A stretch of 64,000 bases of DNA. Source: Candidatus Babeliales bacterium (GTDB taxonomy: Bacteria > Babelota > Babeliae > Babelales > JANWKD01). Both the position numbers and the translations under genes were made by a program. Below the pieces are notes generated by a model. The model made no database searches, had not been told where the DNA came from, and saw only the letters and a list, made by a program, of their open reading frames with translations. Where the stretch lies: the NCBI GenBank assembly GCA_963701665.1, contig OY969622.1, positions 1,248,001-1,312,000 on the forward strand, written 5' to 3'. Shown one piece after another: positions 48,202 to 59,800 of the stretch. Each line of letters starts with the position of its first letter. Within the stretch, counting starts at the first letter, position 1.

Positions 48202-50769
48202 ATGAAGCATATTTCCCCCTTTAAAAAATATTATTATAGCTTTATTTTTTTAATTTTTTTTGTTTGTAATTTTTGGACAGCTCAGGCACATGACAACAAG
48301 TATTGGCAAGATACGCTGGTATCTTACCAACATGAAGGAATTATTTTAGATGAATTTACCATCAATGATGACTTCAAAGAGTTCATAAAAGAATATGTTG
48401 AAAGAACATCTGATGCTGGAAACGAGGAGATTCTTTCGATTGCATTGCGCAACTGCTATACAAAAATCATTGAAACTCCTATGTGTACAACATTACCTCT
48501 CAATGATCTCATAGATGCATTTCCCGAATTAGTAGCAGAATTAGAAGATCAAATAAAATCACCACGTCCCCCTTCGAATAATCATTTTATAGTCGGTCCA
48601 GGAGTATGCGATTTAGCGTCTATTGCCAACCTTTTGCTCCATTTAAAATTTCTCATCAATCAACTGATTGTGCAACAAGCAGCTTGTTGTAGCCAGATAT
48701 TCTCAGACTTCCAACAAACATGGACAATGCTTGCCCAAATTAGTACTTCCACAGCCACCGTTGATCTTTCTTCAGTATTTACCGCACTCAATGCCTGCTG
48801 CACTAACATAAATTCTGAATTCCAACAAACATGGACCATTCTTGCCAATCTTACCGTAACAGCATCTGCTGATCTTTCTGCCGTATTTACCGCTCTGAAT
48901 GCTTGTTGCACTAACATAAATTCTGAATTCCAACAAACATGGACCATTCTTGCTAACCTTACGGTAACAGCATCTGTTGACCTTTCTGCTGTATTTACCG
49001 CTCTGAATGCTTGTTGCACCAACATAAACTCAGAATTCCAACAAACATGGACTATTTTAGCTGCTGGATTCGATGGAACTTTTAGTGACATTAATGCATG
49101 CTGTACTAATATCAACTCTGAATTCCAACAAACATGGTCCATTCTTGCCAATCTTCATACTACAGCTACTGTTGACCTTTCTGGCGTATTTACCGCATTG
49201 AACGCCTGTTGCAATAATATAAACTCTGAATTCCAACAAACATGGACCATCTTAGCTGCCGGTTTCAATGGTACTTTCAGTAGTATTGCCGCCCTTGCTA
49301 ACGATTTCGAGGCAACATGGACTATTTTAGCTGCAGGATTTAATGGGACATGGACCATATTAAATGCCGACTTTGATGCAACGTGGACTATCTTAGCTGC
49401 CGGATTTGATGGAACTTTCAGTGTTTTAAATGTGTTAATTCAAAATGTCTGCAATCCAACTATGATCACACAAGCAAGTTTCGGTGCTGGTGGTGGTACT
49501 CAGTATGTTATTTCAACACCAGGTGTCTACAAATTTGGCAGCAATATTACCTTCACACCAGCTTCAGCAACTTCAGCGATTCTTATCACCACTTCAGGCG
49601 TCACTTTAGATATGCAATGTTTCTCAATCAGTCAAGGAAACGCGCTAGCCGGCGTAAACGCTATTGTTGTTAATACTGGATTAACTGATGTTTATATTAG
49701 AAATGGCACAGTAGAAAATTTCACAAATGTTGGCATCTCATTTCAAGGAAACGATGCTCGTGTTGGTATTAATAATACCACACTGCTATCATGTGCAACT
49801 CGCGCTATTCAGTTCCTCCCAACAGGAACAAGCCAAAACATTATCATTCAAAACTGCAATATTTATAATTGCTCGCAAGGAAGCAGTGCTGATAATCCCC
49901 TATCCTTACAATCATGTAAGGAATGCATCGTACAAAATTGTGAATTTACCGGAAATGGCAATAGTACCAATACCATCACTGTGATTAATATGAGTAGTTG
50001 CATTGAATGCATTATATCAAACATTGCTATGTATGAAAATCTCGGAGCCGCTTTTAACGGTATAACATTAGATAGCACATCTTCCCTTAATAATTTCACC
50101 AATTGCACTATTGTAAATAACCAAAGCATTACTACAGATGTGAACGTCATTAACGTGAATGGTAACGCAAATATTTTAATCGATTGTGTCACTAATGACA
50201 ATATTGCGGCAGGAAACACTGCTGGTTTTATTCTTGCTGGATCCTATAATACGTGTATTGGATGTACTGCTTCAGCTAACACATCCTTAGGTACTTTTGG
50301 ATCTTGCACTGGCTTTAGCATAGATCCTGGTAATTTTAATATTTTGCTCGATTGTGTAGCAGATTCAAATTTTGGGGGAGGTAACCCAGTTGCATCGATT
50401 TTGGGGGAAGACGGTGATCCATCTACGGCATGTTTCGTTTTATCTTTTTCCAGTTTAGTAGACCATTTTACAGCGAATAATAATTTTGCTACAGGTTCAG
50501 GTTCTACCACAGGTATTTGGCTTTTCGAAGGCGCTATGAATATAGTCAAAGATTGTCTATGCGCGAATAACTTCGTACCATTCAGTACCGCTCAAGCTGG
50601 TATCACCAATGATACTTCAGAATATTTATTTTATAGAAATGTTGCCTATAACAGTACATTCCCAATTGTCGGGGTTGCAGCAGGATCAGTAACAACGCCT
50701 CTCGCACCCGCATCACAAAACATAGCATCGGTGACCGCACCATGGACTAATCTTGCTCTTCAAACTTAA
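48202..50769 (+). CDS. Paralog of 45654 (Cys-Cys repeats plus beta-helix)
   Basis: Same architecture; AAGGA RBS before ATG 48202. Confidence 0.8.
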   Translation: MKHISPFKKYYYSFIFLIFFVCNFWTAQAHDNKYWQDTLVSYQHEGIILDEFTINDDFKEFIKEYVERTSDAGNEEILSIALRNCYTKIIETPMCTTLPLNDLIDAFPELVAELEDQIKSPRPPSNNHFIVGPGVCDLASIANLLLHLKFLINQLIVQQAACCSQIFSDFQQTWTMLAQISTSTATVDLSSVFTALNACCTNINSEFQQTWTILANLTVTASADLSAVFTALNACCTNINSEFQQTWTILANLTVTASVDLSAVFTALNACCTNINSEFQQTWTILAAGFDGTFSDINACCTNINSEFQQTWSILANLHTTATVDLSGVFTALNACCNNINSEFQQTWTILAAGFNGTFSSIAALANDFEATWTILAAGFNGTWTILNADFDATWTILAAGFDGTFSVLNVLIQNVCNPTMITQASFGAGGGTQYVISTPGVYKFGSNITFTPASATSAILITTSGVTLDMQCFSISQGNALAGVNAIVVNTGLTDVYIRNGTVENFTNVGISFQGNDARVGINNTTLLSCATRAIQFLPTGTSQNIIIQNCNIYNCSQGSSADNPLSLQSCKECIVQNCEFTGNGNSTNTITVINMSSCIECIISNIAMYENLGAAFNGITLDSTSSLNNFTNCTIVNNQSITTDVNVINVNGNANILIDCVTNDNIAAGNTAGFILAGSYNTCIGCTASANTSLGTFGSCTGFSIDPGNFNILLDCVADSNFGGGNPVASILGEDGDPSTACFVLSFSSLVDHFTANNNFATGSGSTTGIWLFEGAMNIVKDCLCANNFVPFSTAQAGITNDTSEYLFYRNVAYNSTFPIVGVAAGSVTTPLAPASQNIASVTAPWTNLALQT

Positions 50770-50807
50770 AATTTAGGATCTTATCCCTAAATTAGTAAAA
50801 TAAATTA

Positions 50808-50845
50808 AAAACGCCCCCGAACTAACATTAGTTCGGGGGCGTTTT
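50808..50845. terminator. Bidirectional terminator hairpin
   Basis: Perfect 18-bp inverted repeat AAAACGCCCCCGAACTAA / TTAGTTCGGGGGCGTTTT. Confidence 0.85.
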
Positions 50846-50866
50846 GTTTTTTGATAAAAATATCAA

Positions 50867-53800
50867 TTAAAATGACATGAAATGAATCGCCATATGGGTG
50901 TCACCCGATATAATAGTATCGTTTTTAGCAGTATTAAAACTCACCGTAACAAGTTGTCCAGCAGTCAAAGAAAGTAAAACACATGTTGTCATTGGCAATT
51001 GATCATTATTCGTACTCAATATCTGTGAAACTGACGCGCCCGTTACCGATGTTCCATTTACCGCAATATTAACTTTCTGCGTTGAAGGCATCGTAGCTGT
51101 TAAAGCAGTAACTGTAACATTAATCATATAAACACCGGTGACCGGCACAGTATAAGTTCCCGTTGTTGCATTGTAGTTCGAATTTGAATCAAATAACACT
51201 GTATTAAAAATAACATTTGCAGTGGTATTGTTAACACCTTGGTTTGCGCTTAGGTAGGCATACATTTTGTAATTTGATTTATGGGTGACGCTTCCCGTCG
51301 AATCGATAATCAATCGTGCGCTACCAGAAGTAATCATAGAAAGAAAATTTGTAGCCGAAGAAGTAATACCTAGATCAGTACTACCTGAAAACTGCAATGA
51401 TGGTGATGCAATAGTTCCTGCTGGCAAGGTAAGAGGACCAGTCAGTGTTCCACCCGTGAGTAACAGGTTTAATGATGCCGCACCCGTTAATGCTGCAGTG
51501 ATAGTACCTGCAATAAAGTTTCCAGAAGCATCACGGCGCACAATGGTACTTGGCGTATTACTACTCGTTGCATTATTTGCAAGAATGGTCGCAGCAGCAA
51601 CATTTGCTGCCGTTTGACCTCCCACCGTGCTCACGACTGTTGCACTTTGGGAACCTGTTACATCTCCTGTTAATGAACCCGTAAAGTTCGTCGCTGATCC
51701 AGCTGTTGTTGCTGTTGTCGCATTACCACTTAAATTACCCGTCACATTTCCTGTTAAGTTTGCCGTTATGGTGCCAGCACTAAAATTGCCAGATGCATCA
51801 CGTTTAACAATCGTACTTGCTGTGTTAGTATTGGTTGCTGCATTTGCAGCTACTGTTGCCGAAGCAACGTTCACTGCTGTTTGGCCGCCCACCGTGCTTA
51901 CTACCGTTGCACTTTGATTGCCGGTAACATCGCCACTTAATGATCCACTAAAGTTAGTCGCTGTTGTTGCTGTTGAGGCATTACCATTCAAGGTTGCTGT
52001 AATGGTTCCGGCGGCAAAATTTCCTGATGCATCACGTTTGACAAGCGTATTTGCAATATTATTGCTCGTCGCCGTTGCTACTAATGATGCTGCGAGTGCA
52101 ACACTTGCTGCACTTTGTCCACCAACAAAACTTACCACCGTTGCACCTTGGGTGCCCGTTACATCTCCTGCAAGTGACCCGGTGAAATTTGTTGCTGATC
52201 CAGCTGTTGTTGCTGTTGTTGCACTCGTTGCCGTTGTTGCATTACCTGAAAGATTTGCTGTAATCGTTCCGGCTGCAAAATTTCCTGATGCGTCGCGTTT
52301 AACAATCGTACTTGGCGTATTGCTACTTGTTGCTGCATTTGCTGCTACTGTTGCCGATGCAACGTTTGCCGCAGTTTGACCACCCACCGTACTTACCACA
52401 GTGGAACTTTGATTGCCCGTAACATCACCACTTAATGAACCGGTGAAGTTTGTTGCTGATCCAGCTGTTGTTGCTGTTGTCGCATTACCACTTAAATTAC
52501 CGGTCACATTTCCTGTTAAGTTTGCCGTTATGGTGCCTGCATTAAAATTACCCGATCCATCGCGTTCAACAATAGTATTTGGTGTGTTGGTATTCGTTGC
52601 TGCATTAGCTGCGATAGTTGCTGAAGCAACGTTCGTTGCAGTTTGACCTCCGACCATACTTACTACGGTGGCACTTTGATTGCCAGTAACATCGCCACTT
52701 AATGCACCAGTGAAGTTCGTTGCCGTTGAGGCGTTACCTGATAGATTTGCGGTAATCGTCGTGGCACTAAAATTACCTGATGCATCTCGTGCAACAATAG
52801 TACTTGGTGTATTTGCGTTAGTTGCATTAGTTGCAATATTTACATCACTGGTATTATTGGTAACAATAATATCGGTACCTGCTGAAATCGTTTTAAAATT
52901 TAAGGTAACACCAGTTTTCCCTTGGAATATTTGCCCCGCGCCACTTCCTACATTCGCGCCAGTTGTTTGTGACGGTAATGAGAATTCCGAAAATTCTATA
53001 GGATTTGTATCAATAATTGCCGATGGAGTACTACAAACCCAACTTGAACCAGCATTCACGGTACCTTCCAGGATAAGCACATACGCATTACCCGCTGATG
53101 TGCCCGTTAAAAAATCAGTTGGCCTTATCCATGAACCGGATTCAGCTAACCACAAACCATTTTGCACTGCATTAGTTTGTCCAACTAATAAGACAGTATT
53201 ACTACTAACTAACGTTACTCCATCTATTGTTTGCAAACCACTCAGCGCAACATTTGACGTGCTTACTACAAGAGCAGGGCTTTTTACAATTAGGCCTGTT
53301 GATGCTGTGGAATCAACATAACTTTTTGTTGCTACATCAGTAGGATTGGTAGTGGTACCATCAATAGTAATCATGTTAGTAGTAAAATTACCTGATCCGT
53401 CGCGTAGAACGATCGTATTTGGCACATTGGAACTTGTCGCCGTGGTTGCAGAATTGGCAACTTTACCAGCTGTTGAAATAGTTGCTAATTTATTATCAGT
53501 AATTCCTGCACTCGCACTAATATCAGCATTCACAATGAGTGATGTTGTTAAATTTCCTACGTTATCATTGTGCACGACGCCGGCTGGTGTTAAACCACCA
53601 ACCTGAAAATTACCATCGGTAGTTAATACGCCCGCTGATGAACGATATATATTCGTATCACTCGCCCACACTAATGGTGCCACCGTATTTGTTGGCAGCG
53701 GTGCATTTGTTGCCAGTGGAAATAACACTTGGTTATTAAAACCATCCAGTTGCATCACACTATTTGATCCGCGAGCGGCTTGTCCTGATGTATCATTATT

Positions 53801-56800
53801 CGTATACGTAAATGCTAAGTTTGCACTCGTTCCAAATTTATCGATTGCCCAACCACGAATATTGGCACCACTGCCAACTGATCCGCTCGTATCGGATAGT
53901 AAATTGATACTTGCATCTTTTGTGCGATCTGTGGTTATAACATAATGTGAGGCATTACTTTGCGACTCAATACCGGTAAATGCTGGATCACTATTAGGAT
54001 CAATATACAACGTTCCTTTATTACTGTAACAATCTGATTGGTAGTTCAAGCTCGGCAAATCTAGTTGCCCGTTAAACACTTGGAATAATAATTGATTCAT
54101 GTCAGCATCATTGCCAATCGTTAAGGCATTATTATTATCAGTATCAAAGCCAGCAAAACTTACATTGGTTGCATTTGCAATACTCAATAGATCTGAATCA
54201 AATACACCGCCTACAAATCGTAATGTTGAACTTCCTATTTGTTGAATATCAGTAATACAATCATAAAAACTAGTTGAATTTGCTTGAATTTCTGTACTGT
54301 TCGTATCACCGACAGCGCCACATTGCATGCCAACTGCTGCATTTTCAATACTGCATGCAACAGCAAGTAAAAATGCACCAGTTGTTGCTTGTAACGCGAT
54401 ACCTTGTGGATTGCCATTGGTATCCGTACAATGAAATTGACATGCATCAATCGTAACTTGCGTGCTTGCACCCGAAGCAGCTATGTTCACCGAACTCGCA
54501 ATGTTATTGGCAAAGTTACAACCAACAATACCCAAATTACTTGCATTGGTACAAAGTATACCTGTGACCGATGAATCAATGTCACATGATAAAACATGAG
54601 CATTTGCACCATTGGTAATTTCAATAGCAACGTCAAACGAGCGTAATATTGAGCCAATTATAGCAACTTGCGTATTGGTACCGGTCATAATGATACCGGC
54701 ATTTGATATTGCTCCTGCGCCTAAAGGTCCCTGAAACACAGAATTCTGAACTGCTACTTGAATATTACTAATCGAAATGTTCGTAGTATTACCACCACAT
54801 TGCACATTATCAAAAGCCACCACAGGAACTCCTGCAATACTACTTACCGCAAAAGCATTGGCAAATTGTGCAACAGCAACTGAATTAAAACGTGATCGGC
54901 CAAAATAAGTTGGTGTTAAAGAGAAAGCATCAGCACTTGAAAGACTAAATGATTCGACCGTTAAATTGGTACATTCAAAGTTAGCTGATACTATTGAAAA
55001 TAAGTTTGTTATTAAAGATGCTGGTATAACGATTGTACTAGTTTCTGAACTACCAACGAGGCTAATTCCGTCAGCAGTAATAGTTATCGGCCCACCCGTG
55101 TTATTTTCAACAAAGGTACCGGCACCTACATAAATAACAACAGGGTTAGTCATACTTGCAACACCATTTGCTATTGTGACTGCTTTGCTTATGGTACGGA
55201 ATGGATATGCATACGAACCATCATTAGAATCATTACCCGCCAAGGAAACATAATATGTTCTTGCTGTGGTTGGCGAACCCCCAATGGTATTCCATTGTGT
55301 TGCAGAAGGCGATGTTGCTTGCAGCACTTGTCCTGCAACTGGCGCGCTCGCTGGCAAATTCACCGTATAACTTATTCCTACGGTAGCTGGCGCATTTAAC
55401 CCAACATAATTACCGCTTCCCGTTCCATCTTGAAAACGCACCTGCGATTGTAAGGCCATATTCAAGTTGCCCGTCATCGTATCACCAGTTTTGAGCACAT
55501 CCAGTGATGCTGCGCCTACTAAAGTTGCTGTAATAATATTTGCTGAAAAACTACCGGTCAGATCACGTAGAACTATAGTATTTGGCACATTTGAACTCGT
55601 TGCCGTTGTTGCTGAATTTGCCACTTTACCTGGCGTTGAAATAGTTGCTAACTTATCATCAGTAATTCCTGCACTTGCACTAATATCAGCATTTACAATT
55701 AACGAGGTTGTTAAATTACCCAAATTATCATTATGCACAACACCGGCTGGTGTTAAACCACCAACCTGAAAATTACCATCTGTTGTTAATACGCCTGCTG
55801 ATGAACGATATATATTCGTATCGCCTGCCCACACTAATGGTGCCACCGTATTTGTTGGCAGCGGTGCATTTGTTGCCAGTGGAAATAACACTTGGTTATT
55901 AAGACCATCCAGTTGCATTACACTATATGATCCTACTGCCGCTTGGCCCGAAGTATCATTATTGGTATAGGTAAATGCTAAATCTGCTGAGGTACCAACC
56001 TTATTAATTCCCCAACCTCGGATATCTGTGCCATTGTTGAGGCCTGACGTATCGGAAATAAGATTAATACTTGCTTGATTAGTACGATTACCGGTTACTA
56101 CATAATAATTAGCATCATTATTTGATGCTTGCGTAGCATTAAACGTTGGGTCCGAATTTGGATCTGTATACACCGTTCCTTGATTACCATAGTAATTATC
56201 GTTGTAAGCCAAATTTGGTTTTGACGTTTGCCCGTTTAAAACTTGATACAAAATATGGACTTCTTGAATATCACTTCCTAATGTCAAATTGCCTTGTATC
56301 GTCTCATCAAATCCTGCAAAACCCACATTAACACCACTTGCAATGCTTAATTTTGTTGGATCAAAAGCGCCACCAAAAAATTGTAGGGTTGAACTTCCTG
56401 CTTGTTGAATATCCGTTGTGCAATTTATTAACGTAGTAGAATTTGCTTGTAATGCGGTAGAACTTGTATCGCCAGGAGCACCACATTGAATCCCGACTGC
56501 TGCATTTTCAACACTACATCCTACAGCAAGTAAAGATGCACCGGTTGTAGCTTGTAACGCAATACCTCGTGGATTGCCATCGGTACCCGTACAATTAAAT
56601 TGACAGCCATCAATAGTAACTTGAGTATTTGCACCCGAAGCAGCTATATTAACCGAGCTAGAATTGTTTCCATAAAAATTACAGCCAACAATCCCTAAAA
56701 TACTTGCATTATTGCACACTATACTCGTCACACTCAAATCAATATCACATGCCAAAATACGAGCGTTTGCGCCATTGGTAACTTCAATAGCATTTTGAAA

Positions 56801-59800
56801 CGAACGCAATAGTGAGCCAATTATAGCAACTTGCGTATTGGTACCCGTCATAATGATACCAGCATTTGATATTGCACCTGCGCCTAAAGGTCCCTGAAAC
56901 ACAGAATTCTGAATCACTACTTGAATATTGCTAATCGAAATGTTCGTGCTATTGCCACCACCTTGCACATTATCAAAAGTCACAACAGGAACTCCTGCAA
57001 TACTACTTACCGCAAAAGCATTTGCAAATTGTGCAACGGCAACAGAAGTAAATCGTGAACGCCCGAAATAAGTTGGCGTTAAGGAAAAAGCATCGGCACT
57101 CGAAACAAGCAATGATTCGACTGTTAAATTGGTGCATTCAAAGTTCGCTGATACTATTGAAAATAAGTTTGTTATTAAAGATGCTGGTATAACGATCGTA
57201 CTAGTTTCTGAACTACCAACGAGGCTGATGCCATCAGCGGTAACAAGGATGGGACCGCCTGTGTTATTTTCAACAAAGGTGCCTGCCCCTACATAAATAA
57301 CAACGGGATTAGCCATACTTGCAACACCATTTGCTACTGTTACTCCATAACTTATAGTACGGAATGGATATGCATAAGAACCATCATTAGAATCATTACC
57401 CGCCAAGGAAACATAATATGTTCTTGCTGCAGTTGGCGAACCACCAACGGTATTCCATTGCGTTGCTGAAGGTGATGTTGCTTGAAGTACTTGGCCTGCT
57501 GTTGGTGCACTCGCCGGTAAATTCACGGTGTAACTGGTATCTACCGTTGCAGGTGCATTTAATCCGACGTAGTTTCCACTTCCAGTACCATCTTGGAATT
57601 GCACTTGCGATTGCAATGCCATCGCCAAGTTGCCCGTCATGGTGTCACCAGCTTTGAGCACATTTTGTGATGCGGCACCCGTTAAATTTGCTGTTATAGT
57701 ACCCGCATTAAAATTACCTGAGCTATCGCGAGCAACAATGGTGCTTGGTGTATTTGCATTGGTTGCATCAGTTGAAAGCATGACATCATTTGGATCATTC
57801 GTAACAACCATATGCGTACCAGCAAGGATCGTTTTAAAGTTTAAGGTGACTCCTACGGTACCTTGATACACCTGCCCAGCCCCTGTACCAACATTTGCGC
57901 CTGTTGTTTGGCTTGGCAATGAAAATTCTGCAAAGGTAATTGTATTTGTATCAATAAGGGCCGATGGGGTATTACAAAGCCAGCTTGAACCGCCATTTAT
58001 AGCACCAGAAAGCGTAAGAACATACGCGGAGCCCGCCGATGTGCCCGTTAAAAAATCGGTTGGCCGCATCCATGAACCAGTTTCGGCTACCCACAAACCA
58101 TTTTGTATTTCATTGGTTTGTCCTACTAAAAGTACGCGATCTCCAGCAGAAAGAGATATACTATCAATTGTTTGCAAACTACTTAGAGCAACATCAGTGG
58201 TACTCACTACAAGCGCAGGAGTGTGGGCGACAATACCAAGTGCTGCCACAGAATCAACATATGCTTTTGTTGCCACATCAGTTGGATTGGTTGTAGTACC
58301 ATCAATCGTAATCATATTGGTGATAAAGTCACCAGAAGCATCGCGCAAAACAATGGTGCCAGGCATATCAATATTTGTAGCAGTATTTGCAAGCGAAACA
58401 CCCGAAGCAACATTTGCTGCACTTTGACCACCAACAAAACTCACCACTGTTGCAGGTTGCGTTCCTGTTACGTCACCTGCTAATGGTCCAGTAAAATTAG
58501 TTGCCGATCCCGCTGTTGTTGCACTGGTTGCCGTTGTTGCATTACCACTCAAATTACCGGTGACATTACCAACAACATTACCCGTTACATTACCCGTTAA
58601 GTTTGCCGTAACCGTCGCGGCAGAAAAATTTCCCGATCCATCACGTCGAACAATCGTACTTGCTGTATTATTATTTGTTGCATTGTTGGCCAATAGAGTA
58701 GCTGCTGCAACGTTTGCTGCCGTTTGACCACCCACGGTACTTACAACCGTTGAATTTTGATTGCCGGTTACATCGCCTGATAAAGGACCAGTAAAATTTG
58801 TTGCTGATCCGGCTGTTGTTGCACTCGTTGCATTGCCACTTAAATTACCGGTAACGTTTCCGATGAGATTTGCCGTAATGGTACCTGCGTTGAAATTTCC
58901 TGATGCATCGCGCTCAACTATAGTATTTGGTGTATTAGTATTTGTTGCTGCATTTGCTGCTATCACCCCTGATGCAACATTCGCGGCACTCTGGCCACCA
59001 ACAAAACTAACCACCGTTGAATTTTGATTTCCTGTTACATCCCCTACTAAAGGACCAGTAAAATTTGTTGTTGATACTGCTGTTGTTGCCGTTGTCGCAT
59101 TACCTGCTAAATTTGCTGTAATGGTACCGGCAGCAAAATTTCCAGAGCTATCTCGTTCAACAAGAGTATTTGGCGTATTAAGCGCCGTTGCAGCATCTAC
59201 CGTAACTGTTGCCGCTGCAACATTTGCTGCACTCTGACCATCAACAAAACTCACCACTGTTGCAGGTTGTGTTCCGGTAACATCTCCTGCTAATGATCCA
59301 GTAAAATTTGTTGCCGATCCCGCTGTTGTTGCGCTGGTTGCCGTTGTTGCTGTTGTCGCATTACCTGAAAGATTTGCAGTAATGGTACCCGCTGTAAAAT
59401 TTCCTGATGCATCACGTTTTACAATCGTACTTGGCGAATTAGTATTCGTTGCGGCATTTGCTGCTATAGTTGCTGCTGCAACATTTGTTGCAGTCTGACC
59501 ACCCACCGTACTCACAACGGTAGAACTTTGATTGCCGGTTACATCACCAAGTAAAGGCCCCGTAAAGTTTGTAGCACTTCCAGCTGTTGTTGCACTTGTC
59601 GCATTACCACTCAAATTACCGGTTACATTACCAATTAAATTTGCCGAAATAGTTCCTGCATTAAAATTACCCGATGAATCACGCTCAACGATGGTATTTG
59701 GTGTATTTGTGTTAGTTGCTGCATTCGCTGCGATTACACCTGCAGCAACATTTGCCGCACTCTGACCACCAACAAAACTAACTACCGTCGCACTTTGATG

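Noticed and set aside
46130..49420. 108-bp DNA repeats as a CRISPR array or DGR template/variable pair
   Set aside because: In-frame coding repeats that vary largely at synonymous positions; no cas or reverse transcriptase gene, and no adenine-specific variation seen
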